A stretch of DNA of 63,962 bases, counting the filler, from Octopus bimaculoides (lineage: Eukaryota): the NCBI RefSeq assembly GCF_001194135.2. It is 6 parts of 5 records of this genome, joined end to end, with 100 filler letters (N's around TTAATTAATTAA, not from the genome) between each part and the next. Parts side by side here need not be neighbours in the genome. Positions count along the whole stretch, not along the records: positions 1 to 21,013 come from NC_069010.1; 5 more parts are not named here. One strand, 5' to 3'. The notes beneath the pieces are model-generated. The model did no database searches. It worked only from the letters and a program-made list of their open reading frames with translations, and was not told where the DNA came from. Of the stretch, positions 1 to 10,195 are shown piece by piece. The position numbers were made by a program, and so were the translations under genes. The stretch's first letter is position 1. Each line of letters starts with the position of its first letter.

Positions 1-115
1 GGTACCTAATTTACTGACCCCCAAAAGGATGAAAGGCAAAGTAAACCTCGGCAGAATTTGATCTCAAAACATTGTGATGGGCAAAATACCGCTAAGCATT
101 TCGTCCAGCATGTTA
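1..115 (-). mobile_element. SINE family C (CCTTTCATCCTTTCGGGGTCGATAAA core)
   Basis: Reverse complement of 61930-62130; related copies at about 6845-6945, 14395-14525 and 22190-22310. Confidence 0.7.
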
Positions 116-118
116 ATG

Positions 119-163
<45 letters not shown>

Positions 164-228
164 TGTACTGCTTTTTCTTTTTCCTTTTGTTGTCTAAATT
201 CATTTCTTTGGTGGCTGTCTCCCTATAG

Positions 229-519
229 GTTCGTGATGTACGACTTATCACTGATAACAAAACAAGACGATCGAAAGGCATTGCTTATGTGGAATTTGTC
301 GATGTGGAGTGTGTGAATAAGGCATTGGCCTTGACTGGTCAGCGACTGTTGGGTGTTCCCATAATGGTACAGCCATCACAAGCTGAAAAGAACAGAGCAG
401 CCAATGCAACAGCCACACTACAGAAGGGCACCTCAGGACCCATGCGCCTCTACGTTGGTTCATTACACTTCAACATCACAGAAGAGATGTTACGAGGAAT
501 ATTTGAGCCATTTGGCAAG
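229..519 (+). CDS. RBM39: RBM39/CAPER internal exon (RRM1 C-terminal half, start of RRM2)
   Basis: ctatag acceptor, AAG|GTAAAG donor, 97 codons phase 0/0: VRDVRLITDNKTRRSKGIAYVEF...AEKNR...MRLYVGSLHFNITEEMLRGIFEPFGK, matching remembered RBM39 RRM1/RRM2. Confidence 0.97.
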
Positions 520-608
520 GTAAAGTGACTTTTCCTCCTCCTTATTAATCATCCTAATACTACTTATCAAACGACTTGTGCTCATGCTTTGGGTCGATTT
601 CCATTGAA

Positions 609-828
609 CCCTTTTTGATACCAACTCACTAGAGACAACTCTTGCTTCTATGATACCAATCTTCTTGTTTTAAAATGATCTGAAAAATTGCCATAAAAAT
701 TTCCTGCTAATTTTGTGTTCCAAACACCAGCCAAATAATGACAATTATTCCACTAAATTCTCCACTATTTTTCATAATGAACTGAAACAAAGGTAGAATA
801 TTTCAAGAGAAATTTAGCAACAAGACGG
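609..828. mobile_element. Decayed piggyBac-type MITE (about 220 bp)
   Basis: TGAA-CCCTTTTTGATACCA...GCAACAAGACGG-TTAA; internal similarity to 21279-21480 and terminal similarity to 7518-8947. Confidence 0.6.
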
Positions 829-1154
829 TTAAGTAAAGGTAGCAGCTAGGTTTTAGTTACAGAGGTTGGGGCTACCTTCCTGGTTGGCTGTTGTGGTTTA
901 AGATTGGCTGATGTAGAGTTTAAATTCTCTTTTGGTTTCAGTTGATAGTCTGCAGCCATTATTAGAGCACAACCTTTTAGGGAAGAGTGCTTTGATGTAT
1001 AGTGGCATGGAACCCATTATACTGTTTTCCAAACATTGCAGAATCTGTTGTTATATTTTATATACGGTCACTGGCACCATAACTTTAATAAGACATCAAA
1101 TACAAGAAATTGTATTAAGAGTGAGAATTTAATTCATTGATCTCTCTGTCTGTC

Positions 1155-1190
<36 letters not shown>

Positions 1191-1568
1191 ATATATATAT
1201 ATATATATATATATTTGAGAGAGAGAGAGAGAGAAAGATGTAGGTAGGTAGATAAGTAGATAAATAAAATACATCAGAGGCTGCACTTTATAATATTATC
1301 TTTAATTCTTGGATTGTGGTTATTTCTACACTGTATCAGCACAATTACCCACATCTGCCTGATGACAACTACCCCCTAGGACAATTACTCCCTTGGTTAA
1401 TTACCTCCTCTCCAGTATATTAAGAATTGTTTTAAATCATCTGTTGTCCTTGTGGCGTTATTGTCATGACTCTTCTATACATCATGAGAAATACATTTCA
1501 TGAAAATAAATGTATATCTACAGATATCCAGTCACAGAAATGGTTACTAAGGATCTATATATATATAA

Positions 1569-1612
<44 letters not shown>

Positions 1613-1717
1613 GTCTTTTATGCATTTGTCATTTTGATTCGGCCATGCTGGAGACCACCTTAAAGGGTTTTAGTTGAAATTGACCCCAGGTCTTAATCTA
1701 TTTGTTTCCTGTTTCAG

Positions 1718-1783
1718 ATTGATGACATCAAATTAATCAAGGATCATGAGTCTGGCAGACTACAGGGCTATGGATTCATCACA
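1718..1783 (+). CDS. RBM39: RBM39 exon (RRM2, RNP1)
   Basis: tttcag acceptor, ACA|GTAAGT donor, 22 codons IDDIKLIKDHESGRLQGYGFIT; too short for the ORF track. Confidence 0.95.
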
Positions 1784-1965
1784 GTAAGTACTGATTCTTG
1801 TCTAGGGCTATTGTAGAATACACTTTACAAAGATGCTGCACAGTGGGACAGAACCTGAAACCACATGGTTTCAAAGCAAGCTTCTTAACTGAACCATTAT
1901 GCCTGCATCTAGATTTATCTGTCTTTCCTTCACTACATTGATCTCCTTGAATGGAACCTATTTCC

Positions 1966-1999
<34 letters not shown>

Positions 2000-2235
2000 N
2001 NNNNNNNNNNNNNNNNNNNNNNNNNNNNNNNNNNNNNNNNNNNNNNNNNNNNNNNNNNNNNNNNNNNNNNNNNNNNNNNNNNNNNNNNNNNNNNNNNNNN
2101 NNNNNNNNNNNNNNNNNNNNNNNNNNTCTCTCTCTCTCTCTCTCCCTCTCCCTCTCTCTCCCCCCTCTCTCTCTCTTGTAGTCTTCCTGATGTCCGACTG
2201 ATCTCTTTGTTTTGCCCCTCCTACTCTCCTTACAG

Positions 2236-2440
2236 TTCCATGATGCTGAAGATGCAAAGAAAGCCCTTGAACAACTGAATGGCTTTGAACTGGCTGGTAG
2301 ACCTATGAAGGTTGGTCATGTAACTGAGCGAACCGCTGAAAATCAGGTGGCCTCTATACTGGACAGTGATGACATGGATAGGGCTGGAATTGATCTTGGT
2401 GCTACACGCAGACTTCAGCTTATGGCCAAGTTGGCTGAAG
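2236..2440 (+). CDS. RBM39: RBM39 exon (end of RRM2 and RBM39 linker motif)
   Basis: ttacag acceptor, GAAG|GTACAT donor (phase 1); FHDAEDAKKALEQLNGFELAGRPMKVGHVTERT...DLGATRRLQLMAKLAEG. Confidence 0.97.
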
Positions 2441-2659
2441 GTACATCTTGCTTTTCTTTGTCTATTGTTGTGCTGTGGGTTTTATATGTATAGTTGTAGA
2501 TGTAAGTAGTTGACTGTTACAAAGTACGTCTGTGTGTGGGTGTAGATGACTGGATTTGTGTATGTATGTTTGGAATACTCAATGTTGTGTTGCTAAATTT
2601 GATTGCTGAATTTGTGTATATAATTGACTATATAATTATTAGTGTTATTATCATTCATC

Positions 2660-3125
2660 CGCAACCTGGCAGAATCATTAGCATGCCAGGCGAAATGCTT
2701 AGCAGTGTTCTGAGTTTAAATTTCGGCGAGGTCGACATCACTTTTCATCCTTTTGGGGTTGATAAATTAAATATCAAGTGAAACACAGGGTGGTGGTGGT
2801 TGTGGGGTGTTTTGATGTAATCGACTATCTTCCTCCCCCCAAATTTCAGGCCTTGTTCCTATAGTAGAAAGGATTATCATCATCATCATCATCATCGTTA
2901 TTATTAAGGTGGTGGGCTGGCAGAATCTTAGCAAGTGAAGCAAAATGCTTTGCAACATTTTGTCCGTCTTCACGTTCTGAGTTCAAATTCCGCTGAGGTT
3001 GACTTTGCCTTTCATCCTTTTAGGGGTTGATAAATGAAGTACCACTCAAGCACTGGGTTGATGTGATCAATTTCCCACCTCCTCCGAAATTGCTGGCCTT
3101 GTGCCAAAATTTGCAATCATCAATA
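2660..3125 (+). mobile_element. Two SINE family C copies (RBM39 intron, CpG-decayed)
   Basis: GGCAGAATC(A)TTAGCA...TTCTGAGTT..AAATT..CATCCTTT..GGGGTTGATAAA at 2665-2785 and 2915-3125. Confidence 0.8.
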
Positions 3126-3429
3126 ATATTAATAGGCCAACTTGTTCTTTTTGTATGTACATACCTGGGGTGTGTGTCACGCTTCAAAGGAAAAAGTGAG
3201 TGGCAAAGCGAGAGGGAAGAGAGAGTGAAAGAGACAGTGAGTGGTGGCAGCGTTTTTGTGTTTTTAAGTGTTTATCACATCGCAAGAGAAGTTGATACAT
3301 AAATACATACATTGTTACATCAAAAGTGGGAGATAGGAGGGACACAAGGGAAGTAAAAGCAAAAGAAGAGAAAGTGAGGGAGATTTTAGATATATAGACA
3401 GCAAATATTGGATGTCACTTTCACTTTGC

Positions 3430-4195
3430 ATTACCACATGAGGATAAAATTAACTTGCAAGTGGCTGAGTACTCCACAAACATGCATATCATTAACATAG
3501 TTCTCAGGGAGATTGTCTCACACAGAATATGACAAGGCTGACCCCTTTGAATTACAGTTACAACTCATTTTGGCCGGCTGAGAAAATGGAAAAAGATCCT
3601 ATATAAGGGCAGGAAAATCTCTTTAGTTGTTAGAGTCACTATGAGTGTTAATCCGGTCCTAACAGTGGCATTTGTGGGTCTCACAGATCTGCAGGCCAAG
3701 TCCCCAGATAAACACCGATGCACAGGCTATTGTTATCAAACTGAGCCTAAGTCGAGGGCAAATACATGATGGAATAGCAATCATTTCGTCTTAGCTTTCA
3801 CTGCTTATGCTAAACACATGACAATTTTGCCTTGCAATATGGAACATATCTTTTTCTTTCACTTAAAAAATGGCACTCCATCGGTTATGATGATGAGGTT
3901 CCTGTTTATCTGATCAATAAACAGTCTGCTTGTAAAATTAGTGCACAAGTAGCTGCGTACTCCACAGACATGCATACCATATGGTAATTCTCAGGGAGAT
4001 CCAGCCTCACAGAGAATGTGACAAGGCTGGCCCCTTTGAATCACAGATGCAACTCATTTTTGCCAGCTAAGTGGGTTGCAGCAAGATGAAGTAGAGTACT
4101 TTACTCAAAAACTCGGCACACTGCAGGGAATCATACTTGTGGCTTTACAATTGTAGGCCGAATACCCCTAACCACTGAGCCACACACCATCATCC
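3430..4195 (-). mobile_element. Family E-headed SINEs with a different body (partial 3430-3590, fuller 3860-4195)
   Basis: Shared GTGGCTGAGTACTCCACA...GACAAGGCTG.CCC.TTTGAAT..CAG between the two copies. Confidence 0.7.
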
Positions 4196-4411
4196 TCTTA
4201 ACTGTAGAGAAAAGGAGTGAAGCGGTAGAGACAGAGAACGGAACGCCTCAGTCATTTACAATGACAATTAGACTGAAATACTATTGACCTTTTCTAGCTC
4301 CTTTACTTTTAACAATGAAGAAAAGGGAAAGACATTTAGTAATGAATAGAGAGAAAATCTTTCCTGTGTTTACGTTTTCATTCTGAGAGTTCGAAAAGGA
4401 TCAAGTGGTTT

Positions 4412-4535
4412 GGCAAAAGAGATCGATAGAATAAGAACTAGGCTTGCAAAAATAAGTCCTGGGATCGATTTGCTCGACTAAAGGTGGTGCTCCAGCATGG
4501 CCGCAGTCAAATGACTTGAAACAAGTAAAAGTGTA
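4412..4535 (+). mobile_element. SINE family A 3' part (RBM39 intron)
   Basis: GGCAAAAGAGATCGATAGAATAAG...GCTCCAGCATGGCCGCAGTCAAATGAC. Confidence 0.85.
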
Positions 4536-4592
4536 TATGAAAATGTTTATAATGTTTTGAGATAACTAATCAGTGTTTGTGTTTCTTTGTAG

Positions 4593-5013
4593 GTACTGGC
4601 TTCCAGATCCCACAATATGTGGCCAATGCCCTCAACATGAACTCATCCGGAGACACTGCTACACCACCACCAACTCCAGCTCCCAATCTATCTACCCAGT
4701 CACCAACGCCCATGCTACAAGCCAGTGCTGCTGCAGCTGCTGCTGCTGCTCTTGTCAATCTAACCAGTACAGCACCAGTTGGTGTTACTTCTGGTGCTGC
4801 CAGTGGAAGTATTGCTGGTGGTGGAGGTGGTGGCAGTGGAGGCATTGGTGGTGTCGGTGCTGTTGGCACTGTTGGCAGTGTTGGTAGCGTTGGTGGCGGT
4901 AGCAGCAGTGGTACAGGTAGCGGTACTACCACCAGTCAGCCCACACAGGCTGCTAATGGACCACCGATCCCCACACAGTGTTTCATGTTGGCTAACATGT
5001 TTGACCCTTCTTC
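4593..5013 (+). CDS. RBM39: RBM39 exon (Pro/Ala/Gly-rich linker, start of UHM)
   Basis: ttgtag acceptor, TC|GTGAGT donor, phases 1/2; GTGFQIPQ...AAAAAAA...GGGGGG...PTQCFMLANMFDPS. Confidence 0.93.
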
Positions 5014-5269
5014 GTGAGTACACATTTTAAACCTTTGTTGTTTTTTTTTTTATTTGCTAATTCCTTCCTGATCTAGCAGACCTGTTAATCAAGTGACATA
5101 CCAGATGGTGACCATCACCAACCTTATTATCATTGTTTTTGTGTCTGCCTTTTCTATGCTGAATGGACATTACATTAGGTTATACCTGTCACAAACCCTA
5201 GATTTCATAAAGTCGGGCTTAGCCCACATAAGCGAAAAATTACAACATTGCCCCTCTTAACAAGATGCC

Positions 5270-5595
5270 AGACTATTGTGGCGGATGCACCCAGGCGAGA
5301 AGTGGGCTGGTCCACTACTGATAAATAGTGGACTGACACAGTCAGTAGAGTCGGTCGGCGAAGGTACGCCATTCAGACCAGTAAGATAACGAAATACGCC
5401 GTCGTCATGAAACATATCACAGACCATTGCAGGGTTAGCTTCACAGCTATTGCTGGTACTCTTTTACAGCTGAGTGGACTGGAGCAATGTGAAATGAAGT
5501 GTTTTACTCGAAAACTCAATGTAGTTCCTTGTCCAGGAATTGAAACTGATTTTATGACCATGAGTGCAACAACTTAACCATGAAGCTACGTATCA
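5270..5595 (-). mobile_element. Family E-headed SINE with a third body
   Basis: CAGCTGAGTGGACTGGAGCAATGTGAAATGAAGTG core at 5467-5510. Confidence 0.6.
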
Positions 5596-6209
5596 TCACA
5601 TTGTTGACATAATATTTCCACACTTGGATACCTTTCTTCTCCTCAGCCAGTTTCACTGATCTTTTGCAATAACTGGGCATATTTTATTTTTAAGCACATC
5701 AACAATGGCCAAACACTATAAAAGGTTGCAAATGTTCTGGCCATGACCATCTTGTCTGTTTAGTAGTATCTATGGCTGTGTTATCCAGTGTATCATTCTC
5801 TTGTTCAAGACAGGAGCCATTTCAATTTTTAGAAAGATTTGGCTGCTAGTTCTGGCAGGTCAAAGTCATGTAGTCTTTCATGTTGTCTTTTTGTGTTATT
5901 GTTGATTGTCATAGTAGTGGTGTTGGTGGTGGCTGTTATTTCTAGCTAGTTGAGATGCCATGTACCGACACTCATGGTTGTATATTCTCTCTTTATCTCT
6001 CTCGCCATCTCCCCTCCTTTATATTCCCATCTTTATTTCACTCTCTGTCTTCTCTCTCTCTGCCTTTATCACACCTTCTATCTTCATCTTCCCCTCTTTC
6101 TCTATCCTTCTGTCTCCCTTTCTCTTTATCTCTTCCTCTCTCTCTCTCTCTCTCTCTCTGTCTTCCTTCTCTCTCTCTCTAACAATGATGTCTCTTCTTC
6201 TTTTTGTAG

Positions 6210-6394
6210 GGAATCCAAGGTGAACTGGGATCAAGAGATCCGAGATGATGTCATTGAGGAGTGCAACAAACACGGCGGTGTAGTGCACATCTATGTGGAC
6301 AAAGCTTCTGTACTGGGTAATGTCTATGTAAAGTGTCCCAATATTGCAGCAGCAGTCGCATCTGTCAATGCGCTGCATGGCAGATATTTTGCAG
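6210..6394 (+). CDS. RBM39: RBM39 exon (UHM/RRM3 core)
   Basis: tttttgtag acceptor, GCAG|GTAAGC donor, phases 2/1; WDQEIRDDVIEECNKHGGVVHIYVDKAS..GNVYVKCP..ALHGRYFAG. Confidence 0.97.
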
Positions 6395-6720
6395 GTAAGC
6401 ACTTTTGCTGTTGTTTATTTAGCCTCATGTCAGTTGTGTGATGGAAACTGGTCCAGCTGTGAAAATATTAGTTTTTATCCTGACACAGTCTATATAGGAC
6501 TACATTACTTTGTGTCCCTTTTTTTGTAGTCGTTTACCCCGCACTCCCTTCCTCTTGTCAGTTCTTGATCCAGCTGACTTAGGATCAGAGATGTCCCACA
6601 CTCTTATACAGTGTAGTCAGACATAGTGTGTCCGTCCTTGTTGCTTAGCCCCAGATCAAGCAGCTGTATATGATCAGAGGTGTTGTGGGGATCAACACCC
6701 TGTCTTTCTTTGGCTTTTCT

Positions 6721-6845
6721 TCTCTTCTTTTATTTGTTTGTCATTTGACTGTGGCCATGCTGGAGCACCGCCTTTAATCGAACAAATCGAGCTCGGGACT
6801 TATTCTTTGTAAGCCTAGTACTTATTCTTTCGGTCTCTTTTGCAA
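6721..6845 (-). mobile_element. SINE family A 3' part, inverted relative to 4412-4535
   Basis: Reverse complement of 4412-4530, roughly 85% identical by eye. Confidence 0.85.
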
Positions 6846-7034
6846 AGTCAACCCTGGTGGCATTTGAACTCTTAACATTAAGACAGGCGAAATACCCTTA
6901 AGCATTTCGCCTGGTGTGCTAGCAATTCTGCCAGCTGTCCACCTTATGTTCATTTATAATAAATTCTTTTGTAGGGTACAACAACAGCTTGAATCTTCAA
7001 AGACACTATGAACAACATTCATGTGTGTGTGTGT

Positions 7035-7232
7035 GTGTGTACTCCTTTACTTGACTGCGGCCATGCTGGAGCACCGCCTTTAGTCGAGCAAATCGACCCC
7101 AGCACTTATTCTTTGTAAGCCTAGTACTTATCCTATCGGCCTCTTGTGCTGAAGCACTAAGATACAGGGATGTAAACACACCAACATCAGTTGTCAACTG
7201 ATGGTGGGACACACACACACACACACACACAC
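7035..7232 (-). mobile_element. SINE family A 3' part
   Basis: GACTGCGGCCATGCTGGAGCACCGCCTTTAGTCGAGCAAATCGACCCC...(CA)n. Confidence 0.8.
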
Positions 7233-7364
7233 ACCTATGTTATAATTTAGAGTAAACAGTAAAAAGTTGTCATTATAGTACTCTGAGTTTCAAATGTTGG
7301 AGCGAAGAGCCACGATACATTCTTGTTGGCTATTAATGGCACCAGATGCTATGAAAAAAAAAAA

Positions 7365-8972
7365 GCACCCACTACACTCTCTGAGTGGTTGGTGTTAAGA
7401 AGGGCATCCAGCTGTAGAAACTCTGCCAAATCAGATTGGAGCCTGGTGTAACCATCTGGTTTCACCGGTCCTCAGTCAAATTGTCCAACCCATGCTAGCA
7501 TGGAAAGCGGATGTTAACCCTTTCGTTACCAAAGCCGCCCGAAAAAAATGTTGGTTCATGTGACCAAGCCGCCCAAAACCGCCCGTAATCACCTATTCAT
7601 ATTTAAATGAGAATATCTGAGCAAATCTCGTTAGTACATTCGTGAAAACACGTGATTATTTGTGTAAACAGTTCAGCTATAGTTTTGTACNNNNNNNNNN
7701 NNNNNNNNNNNNNNNNNNNNNNNNNNNNNNNNNNNNNNNNNNNNNNNNNNNNNNNNNNNNNNNNNNNNNNNNNNNNNNNNNNNNNNNNNNNNNNNNNNNN
7801 NNNNNNNNNNNNNNNNNNNNNNNNNNNNNNNNNNNNNNNNNNNNNNNNNNNNNNNNNNNNNNNNNNNNNNNNNNNNNNNNNNNNNNNNNNNNNNNNNNNN
7901 NNNNNNNNNNNNNNNNNNNNNNNNNNNNNNNNNNNNNNNNNNNNNNNNNNNNNNNNNNNNNNNNNNNNNNNNNNNNNNNNNNNNNNNNNNNNNNNNNNNN
8001 NNNNNNNNNNNNNNNNNNNNNNNNNNNNNNNNNNNNNNNNNNNNNNNNNNNNNNNNNNNNNNNNNNNNNNNNNNNNNNNNNNNNNNNNNNNNNNNNNNNN
8101 NNNNNNNNNNNNNNNNNNNNNNNNNNNNNNNNNNNNNNNNNNNNNNNNNNNNNNNNNNNNNNNNNNNNNNNNNNNNNNNNNNNNNNNNNNNNNNNNNNNN
8201 NNNNNNNNNNNNNNNNNNNNNNNNNNNNNNNNNNNNNNNNNNNNNNNNNNNNNNNNNNNNNNNNNNNNNNNNNNNNNNNNNNNNNNNNNNNNNNNNNNNN
8301 NNNNNNNNNNNNNNNNNNNNNNNNNNNNNNNNNNNNNNNNNNNNNNNNNNNNNNNNNNNNNNNNNNNNNNNNNNNNNNNNNNNNNNNNNNNNNNNNNNNN
8401 NNNNNNNNNNNNNNNNNNNNNNNNNNNNNNNNNNNNNNNNNNNNNNNNNNNNNNNNNNNNNNNNNNNNNNNNNNNNNNNNNNNNNNNNNNNNNNNNNNNN
8501 NNNNNNNNNNNNNNNNNNNNNNNNNNNNNNNNNNNNNNNNNNNNNNNNNNNNNNNNNNNNNNNNNNNNNNNNNNNNNNNNNNNNNNNNNNNNNNNNNNNN
8601 NNNNNNNNNNNNNNNNNNNNNNNNNNNATATTTTGTTGTATACCCAATTGAATATTAGCTAATAACCCATTTTCTATAGCGATGTTTGAACAAAAATTTA
8701 AATAATTTTATATTTTGTTGAATTTACCTGTATTTACCTGTAATTAAAGTCACTTTGTGACAAAAATTTTGGTATAGAATTGGTTGAGAACCTTTCGTTA
8801 ATTTATCTTCCAAAAATCACATTAATATGTTGATAAATAAAAAAGTTAGAGTTGTTTAACGAAACCAGCCTAAATTTATGATTATGTTAGAAATTAATTG
8901 AAACACATAAGGGGTGTAATTTGGTTAGAAATATGGTAACGAAAGGGTTAAACAACAATGATGATGATGATA
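7365..8972 (+). mobile_element. RTE LINE 3' terminus interrupted by the piggyBac-type element
   Basis: ...GTCCAACCCATGCTAGCATGGAAAGCGGATG|TTAA|ACAACAATGATGATGATGA; same terminus as the RTE copy at 45180-45275. Confidence 0.75.
7518..8947. mobile_element. Non-autonomous piggyBac-type element
   Basis: Perfect 14-bp TIRs CCCTTTCGTTACCA / TGGTAACGAAAGGG with TTAA on both sides (7514-7517, 8948-8951); interior mostly N (7691-8627). Confidence 0.85.
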
Positions 8973-9264
8973 TTCTTACAATGCATAGACGTAAACCTCC
9001 TGCGTTCACATCATCTACGTACGCACACACACTGGAAGATCTTAGCCAAGTGTAAACCCTATGCCAACGGTAGTGGCAAGGGTGAAAAAAAGAGACAACT
9101 TTTTACTGTTTATTCTAAATTATAACATATTATAACATCTCAGTCATTCGTCATTGCCTCTGTGAACTCAAAAAAAAAAATTTCAGATTTTGTGCCTATA
9201 ATAAAATTATTATTAGGCCTTGTGTCTATAGTAGAAAGGATTATTATTATTATTAGATGACAGC

Positions 9265-9668
9265 AAGCTGACAGACTCCTTAGCACATTGGACAAAACGA
9301 TTAGAGGCATTTCCTCTGAATTTTAGCGTTTTGAATTCAAATTCGGTTGATGATGATTTTGCCATTCATACTCTTGGGGTCAGTAAAATAAAGTATTTCT
9401 CAAATACTGGGGGGAGGTGGGGTCAATGAAATTGACTTGCCCTTCCCCTCGAAATTTCTAATTTTATTCCTACTATTACTACTACTACTACTGTGGTGAA
9501 ATGTTTAGTGGTATTTTGCCTTTCGCTATGCTCTTAGTTCAAATTCTACTGAGATCAACTTTGCCTTTCATCCATCAATAAATTAAGTTTGAGTGATACA
9601 CTGGGGTCAATGTAATCAACTTATCCCCTTCCCGCAAATTTCAGGTCTTGTGATTTAGTAGAAAGGAT
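9265..9668 (+). mobile_element. Two SINE family C copies
   Basis: Same core motifs, diverged. Confidence 0.7.
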
Positions 9669-9669
9669 T

Positions 9670-9938
9670 ATTATTTACATTATTTACATTTGACGGATAT
9701 TTGTCTTCATCTTGTTTGTTGTTAACACATTTCGGCTGATACACCCTCCAGCCTTCATCAGGTGTCTTGGGGAAATTTCGAACCTGGGTTCTCATTCCTA
9801 AGGTACTTTTTGATGTTATTATTATTATTATTATTATTCAGGTCACTGCCTGGAATTGAACTCGGAATCTTGGGGTTAGTTGCCCGCGCTCTTAACCACT
9901 ACACCATATGTCCGTCAATTGTAAATAATGTAAATAAT
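9670..9938 (-). mobile_element. tRNA-headed short element with hammerhead-like body and 28-bp inverted ends
   Basis: tRNA-like head at about 9843-9912 (A box TGGTGTAGTGG, B box GTTCAATTCC); 9670-9697 is the reverse complement of 9911-9938 at 27/28 positions. Confidence 0.65.
9724..9766 (-). ncRNA. Degenerate hammerhead motif (helix III missing)
   Basis: GACAC-CUGAUGA-A-GGCUG(10 nt)CAGCC-GAAA-U-GUGUU; helices I and II pair, but the CGU seen in the 23976 motif is absent. Confidence 0.5.
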
Positions 9939-10034
9939 TCCTCATTTATTAAATACAGAACAGGATTATTATTGTTTTTATTTACTTATTTATTATTTAT
10001 TCTTCATTAATGTTGTTTTTTTGTTTTTTTTCAG

Positions 10035-10195
10035 GCAAGCTGATAACTGCTGCGTATGTGCCACTGCCCAACTATCATGCTTTGTTTCCAGAGGCAGTCC
10101 GTGCAAACCAACTCCTATTGCCCTCCACTCAGGCTCTCCAGTACAGTTACGGGACGGCACTCTACCCTGGAATGCCTCCCAATATTTCACGGTGA
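10035..10195 (+). CDS. RBM39: RBM39 last coding exon, stop TGA at 10193-10195
   Basis: Poly-T tcag acceptor, phase 1; KLITAAYVPLPNYHALFP...LLLPSTQALQYSYGTALYPGMPPNISR*. The 3' UTR runs into the N gap at 10228-11175. Confidence 0.95.

Noticed and set aside
1335-1415. Repeated (G)ACAATTAC(C/T)CC motifs
   Set aside because: Probably a decayed DNA-transposon end; no matching other end found.
9843-9912. tRNA gene
   Set aside because: A and B boxes are present but there is no proper acceptor stem, and it is embedded in a repeat; treated as a SINE head.
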